DNA of 45,207 nt from assembly GCA_021162205.1 (NCBI GenBank), contig JAGGZE010000090.1, positions 1 to 45,207 of the forward strand, in the 5' to 3' direction. Shown here piece after piece: positions 8,337 to 17,480 of this stretch (the first letter of the stretch is position 1; each line of letters opens with the position of its first letter). A model generated the notes under the pieces. That model was not told where the DNA came from. It made no database searches and worked only from the letters and a program-made list of their open reading frames with translations. Origin of the DNA: a bacterium (GTDB taxonomy: Bacteria; UBP14; UBA6098; B30-G16). The position numbers and the translations under genes were made by a program.

Positions 8337-10712
8337 CTATTTCAACTCGAGATAATAAGGCATAAGATACCAAAAATCCTCGTTCTGAATTTTTCCCAGC
8401 AATTCGGCATCCTGTTTCAATTTCAAAATTTCAGGTGTCAATGTAAATTTTCTTGCGAGTCCAAACAAATCGAATGATTCATAAGGACTGTAATTGCGGA
8501 TTTTATAATCCGAACCGAGTTCGAGATGTTTCGCAAATTTGTTCTGAACCTGCACTATTCCAGCGATACCATCGATGAGACCGATACTAAGCGCTTTTTT
8601 TCCTGTATGAACTTTACCCTGTGCAATTTTCTCCAGCGAATCGGGACTTAAATTATCTCTCCCTTGAATAATTCGATTCTTGAAAAGCGTATATGAACTC
8701 TCCATATTTTTCCGCATAAGTTCCCGCTGTTTCGTGCTGAATGTATCTGTTGGCGAAAATATATTCGCATTCGGCGACATATAAATCTGCTCTTTTCGCA
8801 GACCGAGTTTATCGTAAAGTCCACCGATAGTGAATTTCCCGCCAAGCACTCCAATCGAACCCGTTATAGTGCTTAAATCGGCGAAAATCGAATCGCCTGC
8901 GGATGCGATATAATATCCACCGCTTGCGGCATAAGAACCCATCGAAACCCAGACAGGTTTTTTCTTCGATGCTTTATCTGCCGAATGCCAAATCAAGTCC
9001 GATGCATAAGCCGAACCCCCGGGAGAATCGATTCGTAAAATTATCCCTTTAACTTTCGGATTTTTTGCAGCCTTTTCGATGAGTTTAACGATAGTTTTAT
9101 CACCAGCAGTTCTACCCGCGATAAATCCACCAGGATTCGAAGCTCCACCGACTATCGAACCCTCGATTGGAATAATCGCAATCATCGGTGGACTGTCCCA
9201 GCGATATGAAATTTCTTTATGCTCGAAAAGATAAGTGTTTATCGATTTCGACTTATCCCATCCCGAGAATTTCTCGAACTCATCCCAATATGCCACAGTA
9301 TCGATGATGTTAGCTTCTCGAGCGGAACTTGCCTGCAATGGACATTTTTCAATCCAGCCACGAACCGTATCTGCGGTAATATTTTTCCCGTTCGCAATTT
9401 CATTCACGATAATTGTATCGATATTTTGCAGCATCGTTGTGATTTCCTCGCGCATCTGCGGACTCATCGAATCGGCGACATAAGGTTCTGCGGCAGTTTT
9501 ATATTCGCCGATGTGTATCATATCAGCTTTCACACCGACTTTTTCAAAAAGTTTTTTATAATATGTGATGTCGGCACCGATACCGAAAAAATTCACTCCG
9601 CCAGCGGGCGGAAGACAGATTTCATCAGCAACCGATGTCAGATACATAGTGCCATTGCCGAGATATTCCGCAAATATTTTTATCTTGCCGCCACGGTTCT
9701 TAAATCGCTGCAAGATATTTCGCAATTCCTCATACTGCGCAAATGTGAACGATGGATTTTTCAGACGGATTATTAACTCGTCGACCTTGGTGTCATCGAC
9801 TATTTTTGAAATTTTACCAGCGAGCCGCGCGAAACTTTTCCCGCCGAAAAGAGATGGCGACTCGGAATATGAACCCGCAAGCGTAAATTTCAACGATTTA
9901 GCTCGATATGGAATAATCGACTTGAATCTTTTCTCTGAAATAATCACACCTGCGTTAGAAATATTGTTATTATCGTTATTGCTGTTACAACCGAACAGCG
10001 AGAAATGTCCAATATCGAAACGCAATCCAGCGGAAACCTGCTCGTTCTCGATATCATAAGAACCGCGCAGATGAATTCCCTTATATGGCATAATTTCTCC
10101 GCCGACAATTGCACTTTTATATTCGAAATCGCGATTAAAAATGGCATCGCCATAGATTGTTAAAAATTCGGCATTAGGTCGCAAAGCCAATCCCGTGCGG
10201 ATTTCCTGTCCGAGCGGTCTATTCATAACATCGATATTGAAATTGCCCGGCGAATAGCTCGAATCGATATTGCAATCCTCGCTGTAAGTAGCTCCCCATG
10301 AAAGCCATCTCGCCATCCGCGAAACTAAACCGACTCGCCATGAATGCCTATGCGCACCATCGCTGAAATAGTATTTATCGAGATAGCCGATACCACCGGC
10401 TTTCCCGCCGAGCGATAGTCCCCACCAGAACGAAGTGATACTTTCATCGCCATTACCGATGTCATAACTGGAGATGTCGAATCCGAATGGTGCGAAATTA
10501 TTTGCGAAAATGCCGCCGAATTTTTTAGCATCGAAAGATTTACTGTCATTTGCGATAAAAGCTTCGAACATAGAACCATCGATAGTAGAAAAATATCCAG
10601 GATTTTGCATCCCATCGACTGGATTTTCCGGATACGCCACCGAGAATTGCTGTGCCTGTGCAATCGCAAAAATGAAAAGAATCGAAATAGCAGCGAAAAA
10701 ATAATTACGCAT
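8337..10712 (-). CDS. sppA: Signal peptide peptidase SppA (S49, two-domain type) with extra N-terminal beta-rich domain
   Basis: IGEYKTAAEP, LRIDSPGGS, AASGGYYIA, TITGSIGV; signal peptide starting MRNYFF after a GGGAG SD; about 270 extra N-terminal residues. Confidence 0.9.
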   Translation of the reverse strand: MRNYFFAAISILFIFAIAQAQQFSVAYPENPVDGMQNPGYFSTIDGSMFEAFIANDSKSFDAKKFGGIFANNFAPFGFDISSYDIGNGDESITSFWWGLSLGGKAGGIGYLDKYYFSDGAHRHSWRVGLVSRMARWLSWGATYSEDCNIDSSYSPGNFNIDVMNRPLGQEIRTGLALRPNAEFLTIYGDAIFNRDFEYKSAIVGGEIMPYKGIHLRGSYDIENEQVSAGLRFDIGHFSLFGCNSNNDNNNISNAGVIISEKRFKSIIPYRAKSLKFTLAGSYSESPSLFGGKSFARLAGKISKIVDDTKVDELIIRLKNPSFTFAQYEELRNILQRFKNRGGKIKIFAEYLGNGTMYLTSVADEICLPPAGGVNFFGIGADITYYKKLFEKVGVKADMIHIGEYKTAAEPYVADSMSPQMREEITTMLQNIDTIIVNEIANGKNITADTVRGWIEKCPLQASSAREANIIDTVAYWDEFEKFSGWDKSKSINTYLFEHKEISYRWDSPPMIAIIPIEGSIVGGASNPGGFIAGRTAGDKTIVKLIEKAAKNPKVKGIILRIDSPGGSAYASDLIWHSADKASKKKPVWVSMGSYAASGGYYIASAGDSIFADLSTITGSIGVLGGKFTIGGLYDKLGLRKEQIYMSPNANIFSPTDTFSTKQRELMRKNMESSYTLFKNRIIQGRDNLSPDSLEKIAQGKVHTGKKALSIGLIDGIAGIVQVQNKFAKHLELGSDYKIRNYSPYESFDLFGLARKFTLTPEILKLKQDAELLGKIQNEDFWYLMPYYLELK

Positions 10713-10888
10713 AATAACACTCCCTGTTTTTATGTTTTCATAACATATAGACAAAATTTTACAAAAATTGTTTCACTTTTACAATATAATTATTAAAATA
10801 ATAATAGATTGTTTATTTTATACAATATTTGAGGGTAACCCTTCTTAGAAGAAGGGCTTTCTCCCAAGAAATTTCTAAATTAATTATT

Positions 10889-11668
10889 ATGAAAAAATTT
10901 CAGAAAATATTATTGTCTATTTTCACGGTTTTGTATGTGTTGATTTACATTCCATTTTTCATTGCAATATTTTTGCCGCTTCCATTAATTTGGGCGACTC
11001 GAATTTTCGGGCAATCGTTTCATCGGAAAATGGTGAGCATAGTCCCGAAAATATGGGGGAAAATAACGATATATCTGACATTAAGCCCTGTGAAAATTAT
11101 CGGTCGCGAAAATATACCAAAATCTGCGGGAAATGTAGTCTATATCGTGAATCATCAAAGTTTTTTCGACATCCCGATTCTGCTCGGATGGGTCGATAAC
11201 AGAATTAGATTCGTTGCCAAAGCAGAGCTTTTCAAAATCCCGATATTAGGGCAATGGATGAAATTAATGAATTGCGTTCCAGTAAGCAGAAAAGTTTCTC
11301 GCGAGGAATTGAAAAAATTCAATAAAATAGCACAATATCTTTCATCGGGTGGGATAATCGTGGTATTCCCCGAAGGCACAAGGTCTGCCGATGGTTCGCT
11401 GCAAAAATTTCACCCATCGTCATTCAGACCTGCTCGAAATGCAAAATCGAAAATCGTGCCTGTGCGTATTATCGGAAGTTTCAAATTATTCCCGCGAAAT
11501 AGAAAATATATAAAACCATCGAGGATAATAGTCGAAATCGGAAAACCCGTCGAATTAGCAGAATATTCCAATATGACTCCCGCACAGCTTTCAGGCAGGT
11601 TTCGCCTGTTTTTTGTGCACCCGTCACCCGTTCGGGTGTTTTCTTTGCGTTGCGTCCCTTGCCGATAA
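10889..11668 (+). CDS. plsC: 1-acyl-sn-glycerol-3-phosphate acyltransferase
   Basis: NHQSFFD (HxxxxD), FVAKAELF, FPEGTRS; the last ~25 codons overlap the repeat element. Confidence 0.9.
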   Translation: MKKFQKILLSIFTVLYVLIYIPFFIAIFLPLPLIWATRIFGQSFHRKMVSIVPKIWGKITIYLTLSPVKIIGRENIPKSAGNVVYIVNHQSFFDIPILLGWVDNRIRFVAKAELFKIPILGQWMKLMNCVPVSRKVSREELKKFNKIAQYLSSGGIIVVFPEGTRSADGSLQKFHPSSFRPARNAKSKIVPVRIIGSFKLFPRNRKYIKPSRIIVEIGKPVELAEYSNMTPAQLSGRFRLFFVHPSPVRVFSLRCVPCR

Positions 11669-11714
11669 AATCGGCAATTCCTTTGCAACGCCTGATTAAT
11701 CAAAATAACATTTC
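11625..11714 (+). repeat. Dispersed structured repeat copy
   Basis: CACCCG-TT-CGGGTG, TTTTCTTT, GCGTTGC-GTCCC-TTGCCGAT-AAA-ATCGGCAA-TTCCTTT-GCAACGC, then tail CTGATTAATCAAAATAA. Confidence 0.85.
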
Positions 11715-11825
11715 AAAATTTCTGGGCAACAATGAATTGTCCCGACTTGTCAGTGGAAGGAAAGTCGCCCTTAAAAAAGAGCCGAATGGCTCTCCAGAAA
11801 TACTAAAGTTTTCTGGAAAGGGTTT

Positions 11826-11858
11826 GGGGAAACTTCTTTTTCAAAAGAAGTTTCCCCA
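11826..11858. repeat. Long palindrome (REP-like or bidirectional terminator)
   Basis: TGGGGAAACTTCTTTT-TC-AAAAGAAGTTTCCCCA (approximate bounds) between convergent genes. Confidence 0.6.
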
Positions 11859-11900
11859 GAAAATCTTTTCTTTCCTCTATCCGATATTATTTTAAGAATA

Positions 11901-11923
11901 GTAGGGGCGTATCGAATACGCTC
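11901..11923 (+). repeat. GTAG-type REP-like palindrome
   Basis: GTAGGGGCGTATCGAATACGCTC, identical to 40440-40462. Confidence 0.75.
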
Positions 11924-11966
11924 TCATTCTATCGAGCGAACTCAATGCCCTGTTGCACCCGATTAG

Positions 11967-13622
11967 TCAAATAAATTTTCGCCACAGTTCGAATGTTAGC
12001 CACCAGTCGAGAATGGATTTTTTGGTATCGTCGCCGGCAAAATATTTCTCGATAGAACTCTCGATGAATCGGTTATCATAGAAACCGACGGTCTTAAAAT
12101 CATTAGATGATAAAATATCGTAAATCCGCTCATGCAATTTGTTCATCGTTTTTCGGAAAAATTCATTAGTAATATGTGTTTCTCTGTTTCGTGTAAATGG
12201 CAGCCACATTTTCATCAGATATGGGTTCAAACCGATTTTAAATGGAAATTTTCTTCCCATACGAGCGAGTTTATATTTTTTCAATTTCGGTGCGAATTTC
12301 TCGATTGCACGCAGATGAACCGCAGAATTCCTACGCGCAGAATGAGATAATTGCAAACCAGCAGTCAACACAGTCGGCTGAACAAATGGCATAAAATTTC
12401 GCGTGAATTCATCGAGACGAGACTGTTCGAATCCCGAATAGTTTGGCAGACGAAACCATATCGCCCACATCTCGGCGATTTCATCGGCTCGCATACCGGA
12501 ACACATATTCAGCGCATTTTCGATATCGGCGAGAAAACCGCAACCGAATGATTTATGGACATCCTCGTTAAATATCGGTGGAAATTCCGAACCGATTAGT
12601 TTCTGCACTATTCTCGGCGTGAGTTTCATATTCGGCACGGGAGCGAGTCTGCGCAGAACACGCTGACGCAAAATCTCGCCGAGTCCACCATCGATTGTGA
12701 TAACATTCCGACCTGCCAAAAAATTCAGCGAATCCAAAAAAAGCGCGGTCGAAATCGGAATCGTAAGCATTTTTCTTGCGGAATGTTCTCGCAAAATATC
12801 CCATAATTCATCGGATGATGGTATCTCGACCTTGTGAAACTCGAACGGGAAAGTAAGCTCATCCGACATCTGTTCGACAATTTCGATATCGGGTTCGCTG
12901 CCGAGCCCAAATGAAAATGTTCGCCACCGTGTCGATGAGCCGAAAAGCAATGCCAAAAGTCCTCGTGAATCGAGCCCGCCCGATAATGATAAATATCTCA
13001 AAGTTTCGGGTTCGGCAGATACGGCAGCGGCAAGTATATCTATTACATCGTCGACAGAATAATTTTGCCCTCGCGGACGATGAAAGTAATCGTTCCCGTG
13101 ATGAACGAAATCGGAATTATTAAATTCGACAGTTGCACCTGGACCGAGTCGATGAATGCCTTTCACAAAAGTATCCCAGTGCAAAATACTCGGTCCGAGC
13201 CACAAGGAACCCAATTTCTCGAAATCGATTTCATTTTTATTAGAATATCGCGCAACCCAATCCATTCTCGATGAAATCACGAAACCATCGCCCAATTTTG
13301 CCCAGAATATTTCGCGCAGACCGAGAATATCGTTGCGAAATTTTATCTCGCCATTTTGCCATTGCACAATTATAAAATGCCCATCGGATGGCACTTCATT
13401 TTTGGCTATCGCATTTCGCCAGTCGGTTTCGTGCAAAATTCGCCAATTGTCGATACCGAGACCGCAAACAGCAAAACCGCTTTCATCATCGAAATCTGCA
13501 ATGCAGGTGCTTGGATTCCCACCGAGAAAAATATCGAAATTTTTATTATGGATACGATGAAGCGGTTTCTCATCGGGTTCGATGCGTTTCCCTAAATTAT
13601 ATGTGATAAATAGCCAGCTCAA
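11967..13622 (-). CDS. Asparagine synthase-related protein (AsnB-like ATP pyrophosphatase)
   Basis: PP-loop LSLSGGLDSR; NDILGLREIFW GATase-like region lacking an N-terminal Cys; DGGLGEILR; TTG start. Confidence 0.8.
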   Translation of the reverse strand: MSWLFITYNLGKRIEPDEKPLHRIHNKNFDIFLGGNPSTCIADFDDESGFAVCGLGIDNWRILHETDWRNAIAKNEVPSDGHFIIVQWQNGEIKFRNDILGLREIFWAKLGDGFVISSRMDWVARYSNKNEIDFEKLGSLWLGPSILHWDTFVKGIHRLGPGATVEFNNSDFVHHGNDYFHRPRGQNYSVDDVIDILAAAVSAEPETLRYLSLSGGLDSRGLLALLFGSSTRWRTFSFGLGSEPDIEIVEQMSDELTFPFEFHKVEIPSSDELWDILREHSARKMLTIPISTALFLDSLNFLAGRNVITIDGGLGEILRQRVLRRLAPVPNMKLTPRIVQKLIGSEFPPIFNEDVHKSFGCGFLADIENALNMCSGMRADEIAEMWAIWFRLPNYSGFEQSRLDEFTRNFMPFVQPTVLTAGLQLSHSARRNSAVHLRAIEKFAPKLKKYKLARMGRKFPFKIGLNPYLMKMWLPFTRNRETHITNEFFRKTMNKLHERIYDILSSNDFKTVGFYDNRFIESSIEKYFAGDDTKKSILDWWLTFELWRKFI

Positions 13623-13688
13623 ATTTTTTCACCTGCGCAAATTGCGAAGATAAAATACGACTCGATTATATATAATTGGCAAACTACT

Positions 13689-14072
13689 TTATTCATTGTA
13701 TTCGGCGATATATTTCCCGCCCCAAGTTCTGAGTATCACCTTAACATTCTTGCCAGTCATACGATGAGCGATTTTTGCAAGCTCTTCGACAACATCGTTC
13801 GGACTTTTATCGACCTGTTTTTTCTGAACTTCTATCAAAATGGGAAGCTGATTTTTGGTCACCGTATAACCCTGTTTCTGAATATAATGCAAAAATGCAG
13901 TATTACCAGTAGGTTTTTGATAAAAATCATCCATATCGACCTCGGGTAATTTTTCGCCGGTATCTCTTTCCAAGGTAGGTGTCAGCATTATCAAAATTGT
14001 AGCGATAAGAATCGCCCACGAAATTTTCGACACTATTTCCCGTGCCGTAATATTTTTTTCCTTTCTTCTCAT
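13689..14072 (-). CDS. Hypothetical membrane-anchored protein
   Basis: 127 aa with one N-terminal hydrophobic helix. Confidence 0.6.
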   Translation of the reverse strand: MRRKEKNITAREIVSKISWAILIATILIMLTPTLERDTGEKLPEVDMDDFYQKPTGNTAFLHYIQKQGYTVTKNQLPILIEVQKKQVDKSPNDVVEELAKIAHRMTGKNVKVILRTWGGKYIAEYNE

Positions 14073-14278
14073 ACATCAATAATAATATCGATAAATAAAT
14101 TTGTAAAGTTTTTTCGTCGGCATACCTCACTATATAAATTTTGTAAATATCCTCGATTATATTCAATATAAAAATATTTTTAGATTTGTCAAAAAGTGCA
14201 GACAAAATATTTGAAAAATATATTGCATTTTAATTATTGTAGAATAAATTTTAAGATTCAATAAAAACGGAGGGAAAA

Positions 14279-15379
14279 ATGCCGAATTCACCCGAATATA
14301 TACGAACCAGTCTCGCTGCGGCGATGACATTGAAATTGCGTGATGGACTGTTCTGGCGAGATGCGCGGCTTTATTGTATCAATTTGCTTTTGGTCTATGA
14401 CCGACCTTGCGCAGGGAACTGTGCATATTGTGGACTTCAAAGTCATCGGCGAGCGCCCGAACACGCACCTGCCGATACACGCGGGTCTAACCGTCCGGAT
14501 AAAACATTTATCCGTGTGGATTGGCCAGTGTTCGATACAGATAAAGTAATCGAACGAACCGTCGAACTCGAGGATGAGCAAAATCTCGGAAGAGTTTGCA
14601 TTTCGATGCTTACGAGACGAGAATGTGTGGACGATACTATAACGGTAAGTAAGCGTTATCGTAAATTAACCGATATACCGATAACGGTTCTCGCTTCGCC
14701 GATGGTTACTCGAAAAGACGATTTAGTTAGATTTCGTGAAGCCGGTGTCGATAAAATCGGTGTCGCTGTCGATGCCGCTACTCCCGAGTTATTCGATAAA
14801 TTCAGGGGAAAACCTCGTGGTGCACCGCACAATTGGGCTCGATACTGGGAATTTTATCGTGAATCTGTGGATGTTTTCGGTGTCGGTAATGTCGGAAGTC
14901 ATTTGATTGTCGGGCTTGGCGAGACCGAGAAAGAAATTATTTCATCGATTCAACTTTCCAAAGACCTCGGCGGAGAAACTCATCTATTCACATTCTATCC
15001 GGAGGAAGGCTCCGATATGGAAAATCATCTGCAACCGCCTATAGACCAGTATCGCCGAGTGCAGATAGCGAGATATTTAATCGATAAGAATATCTCGTCG
15101 ATGGACAGGATGAAGTTCGATGCACAAACCGGCAAAATCATCGGTTATGGTATTTCGCAAGCAGGACTGAATGAAATAATCGATAGCGGCGAGCCATTTA
15201 TGACATCGGGTTGCACCGGCAAAGATGGCAAAACTGTCGCCTGCAATCGTCCATTCGGCAATTCGAAACCTGGACCTGGATTACGGAATTATCCATTCGT
15301 GCCAAATGAAAATGATGTCGAACTTATACGAGCACAAATGGAAACAGGTTTAGAAATTCCATCGGGACATTATGAGTGA
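14279..15379 (+). CDS. lipS2: Radical SAM protein, LipS2-like (alternative lipoyl synthase subunit)
   Basis: CxxxCxxC (CAGNCAYC); HLIVGLGETE; C-terminal TSGC...ACNRP resembling the LipS2 TxGCPxC(N/D)RP motif; GGAGG SD. Confidence 0.75.
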   Translation: MPNSPEYIRTSLAAAMTLKLRDGLFWRDARLYCINLLLVYDRPCAGNCAYCGLQSHRRAPEHAPADTRGSNRPDKTFIRVDWPVFDTDKVIERTVELEDEQNLGRVCISMLTRRECVDDTITVSKRYRKLTDIPITVLASPMVTRKDDLVRFREAGVDKIGVAVDAATPELFDKFRGKPRGAPHNWARYWEFYRESVDVFGVGNVGSHLIVGLGETEKEIISSIQLSKDLGGETHLFTFYPEEGSDMENHLQPPIDQYRRVQIARYLIDKNISSMDRMKFDAQTGKIIGYGISQAGLNEIIDSGEPFMTSGCTGKDGKTVACNRPFGNSKPGPGLRNYPFVPNENDVELIRAQMETGLEIPSGHYE

Positions 15380-15496
15380 GAATAACTTGCCGAATTTATA
15401 GTTTCAGGATGTGATTTTATACGGATGATTATTTAGTTATGGATTTTTTAACTAAATACCATGTGCGTAAAGCAGACAAAAAAATAAAATTAACTA

Positions 15497-15524
15497 TTGA
15501 CATTTGAAAAATTATTCATATAAT
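15497..15524 (+). promoter_or_regulatory. Consensus sigma70-type promoter of the sigma factor gene
   Basis: TTGACA-N16-TATAAT. Confidence 0.8.
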
Positions 15525-15569
15525 CGCAATTCGTAAGTCGAAGTTTTTTAATAAAAAGTGAGGTGTAGT

Positions 15570-16418
15570 ATGGCGAGAGCACCGCGCAGAGATGTCGACC
15601 GCACATTAGACCTTTATCTGAAGGAAATCGGCGAGACAGCTTTGTTGAAAGGGAAAGAAGAAGTCGAACTTGCTCAACGGATACACAAGGGCGACCAGAA
15701 AGCACTCGAGCAACTTACCAAAGCAAATCTTCGTTTCGTTGTGAGTGTAGCAAAACAGTATCAAAATCAAGGACTTTCACTTGCCGACCTTATAAACGAG
15801 GGTAATATCGGTCTTATCAAGGCGGGGAAGCGGTTCGATGAAAAACGAGGTTTCAAATTTATATCTTACGCTGTCTGGTGGATTCGGCAGTCTATACTTC
15901 AGGCACTTGCCGAACAGTCGCGAATCGTGAGACTTCCGCTAAATCGAGTTGGAACACTTCACAAAATCGGTAGAACGGCATCGAGACTCGAACAGGAAAG
16001 TGGACGAGCTCCAAGCACTCAGGAAATCGCCGAGGAACTCGGTATAACTGTTGCTGAAATTACTTCTACACTTCAAATTTCAAATTCGCATCTATCTCTC
16101 GACCAACCATTCACCGATGGCGAATCGAACTCGTTAAAAGATGTTCTCGAGGATGAAAAATCGCCATCACCGGATGAGGATGCGATGAAACAGTCTCTCA
16201 AAGGTGAAATCGAGCGAGTCCTTGCAACTTTGACCGAGCGTGAAGCTGAAGTTATCACACTTTATTTCGGTATCAATCGCGATAAAGCTCTCACTCTCGA
16301 GGAAATCGGTGTGAAATTCGGACTCACTCGTGAGCGTGTTCGTCAAATTAAGGAAAAAGCGATAAAACGATTGAAACACACTACCAGAAGCCGAAATCTT
16401 CACGCCTATGTAACATAA
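15570..16418 (+). CDS. rpoD: RNA polymerase sigma factor, RpoD/SigA family (short, lacking region 1.1)
   Basis: [56 protein letters not shown]; GAGGTG SD before the ATG at 15570. Confidence 0.9.
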   Translation: MARAPRRDVDRTLDLYLKEIGETALLKGKEEVELAQRIHKGDQKALEQLTKANLRFVVSVAKQYQNQGLSLADLINEGNIGLIKAGKRFDEKRGFKFISYAVWWIRQSILQALAEQSRIVRLPLNRVGTLHKIGRTASRLEQESGRAPSTQEIAEELGITVAEITSTLQISNSHLSLDQPFTDGESNSLKDVLEDEKSPSPDEDAMKQSLKGEIERVLATLTEREAEVITLYFGINRDKALTLEEIGVKFGLTRERVRQIKEKAIKRLKHTTRSRNLHAYVT

Positions 16419-16492
16419 TTATCTCGATGAAACTCACAAAGTCGGCGAATATCGAGGCGAGCCAATATTTTTTCGTATATGCTCGATTTATG

Positions 16493-16516
16493 AGGGCGGA
16501 TTCCCCGCCCTTTTTT
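16493..16516 (+). terminator. Rho-independent terminator
   Basis: AGGGCGG-ATTCC-CCGCCCT followed by a T run. Confidence 0.8.
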
Positions 16517-16617
16517 GTTTTGCGTTCTTATATTTCAAAAATCCATACAATTTCAAATCCCTGCCTTGACAAAACATATTTATGTATTAATTTTGGAATT
16601 TAATCGAGGAGAATTTT

Positions 16618-17229
16618 ATGTCGAACATGGTCGAGTCTATACTTTGGATACCGGGACTTCTGCTGGCACTGACTTTTCACGAATACGCTCACGGAAAAGT
16701 TGCCTATGAACTCGGCGACCCCACTGCTGCACGAGCTGGAAGACTTACACTTAATCCACTATCGCATCTCGACCCGCTGGGAACTATCGCACTGTTTATA
16801 TTTCATATCGGCTGGGCAAAACCTGTGCCTATAAATCCATATTATTTCAAAAATCCCCGAAGAGATACCGTTTTGGTTTCGATTGCAGGACCCGCTGTAA
16901 ATTTTATACTCGCAATTATATCGGGATTAATACTTAAAATTATGTCGTCTATGGGATTATATAACACACCGGGCTGGAGAATGATTCTATACACGATGGA
17001 TATAAATGTAATTCTTGCGATGTTCAATCTAATACCTGTTCCGCCATTGGATGGCTCGAAAATTCTCTTCGGGATTGTGAAAATGCGAGATTCGACTATG
17101 TTTATGCTCGAACGATTCGGTCCGATGATTTTGTTGGGTTTGATTCTATTGGGCAGTTTTACCGGTTTTAATATATTACGGCTCGTTATTTATCCTGGAA
17201 TGGCAATTTTCAATGCAATTTTTATATAA
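16618..17229 (+). CDS. Site-2 protease (M50 family)
   Basis: FHEYAHG, GRLTLNPL, GWAKPVP, AGPAVN, NLIPVPPLDG. Confidence 0.92.
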   Translation: MSNMVESILWIPGLLLALTFHEYAHGKVAYELGDPTAARAGRLTLNPLSHLDPLGTIALFIFHIGWAKPVPINPYYFKNPRRDTVLVSIAGPAVNFILAIISGLILKIMSSMGLYNTPGWRMILYTMDINVILAMFNLIPVPPLDGSKILFGIVKMRDSTMFMLERFGPMILLGLILLGSFTGFNILRLVIYPGMAIFNAIFI

Positions 17230-17241
17230 AAAGGTGCAGCG

Positions 17242-17451
17242 ATGATAAAATTTTCAAAATACCGCAGAAATTTCGATGTGAGTAAAAAAAAAGATAATAA
17301 TGAACAGGATGAAAATTTAGAATATGTTAATCTCGGGCGAATCGACCGTTCTAAATATCCGAAATCTATATTCTGGATTATATTTGCTGCTGCTGGAGTG
17401 GTGTTATTGTGGATGGTTATAAAATTCCTTTTTATACTTATGCAACATTGA
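17242..17451 (+). CDS. Small membrane protein
   Basis: 69 aa; charged N-terminus and C-terminal TM helix; fills the gap between co-oriented genes. Confidence 0.55.
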   Translation: MIKFSKYRRNFDVSKKKDNNEQDENLEYVNLGRIDRSKYPKSIFWIIFAAAGVVLLWMVIKFLFILMQH

Positions 17452-17480
17452 TTTTTTATGGTTTTAGAAGGAGATAAAAA

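Noticed and set aside
8153-8365. 70-aa ORF
   Set aside because: It overlaps both neighbouring genes and is mostly translated repeat DNA.
11650-11895. 81-aa ORF, and similar ORFs at 27347-27594, 40757-40981 and 40935-41228
   Set aside because: They run through non-coding repeat mosaics; shared peptides such as LQRLINQNNIS reflect the DNA repeat.
11967-13622. Lasso peptide cyclase cluster
   Set aside because: No precursor peptide, RRE or B2 protease gene nearby.
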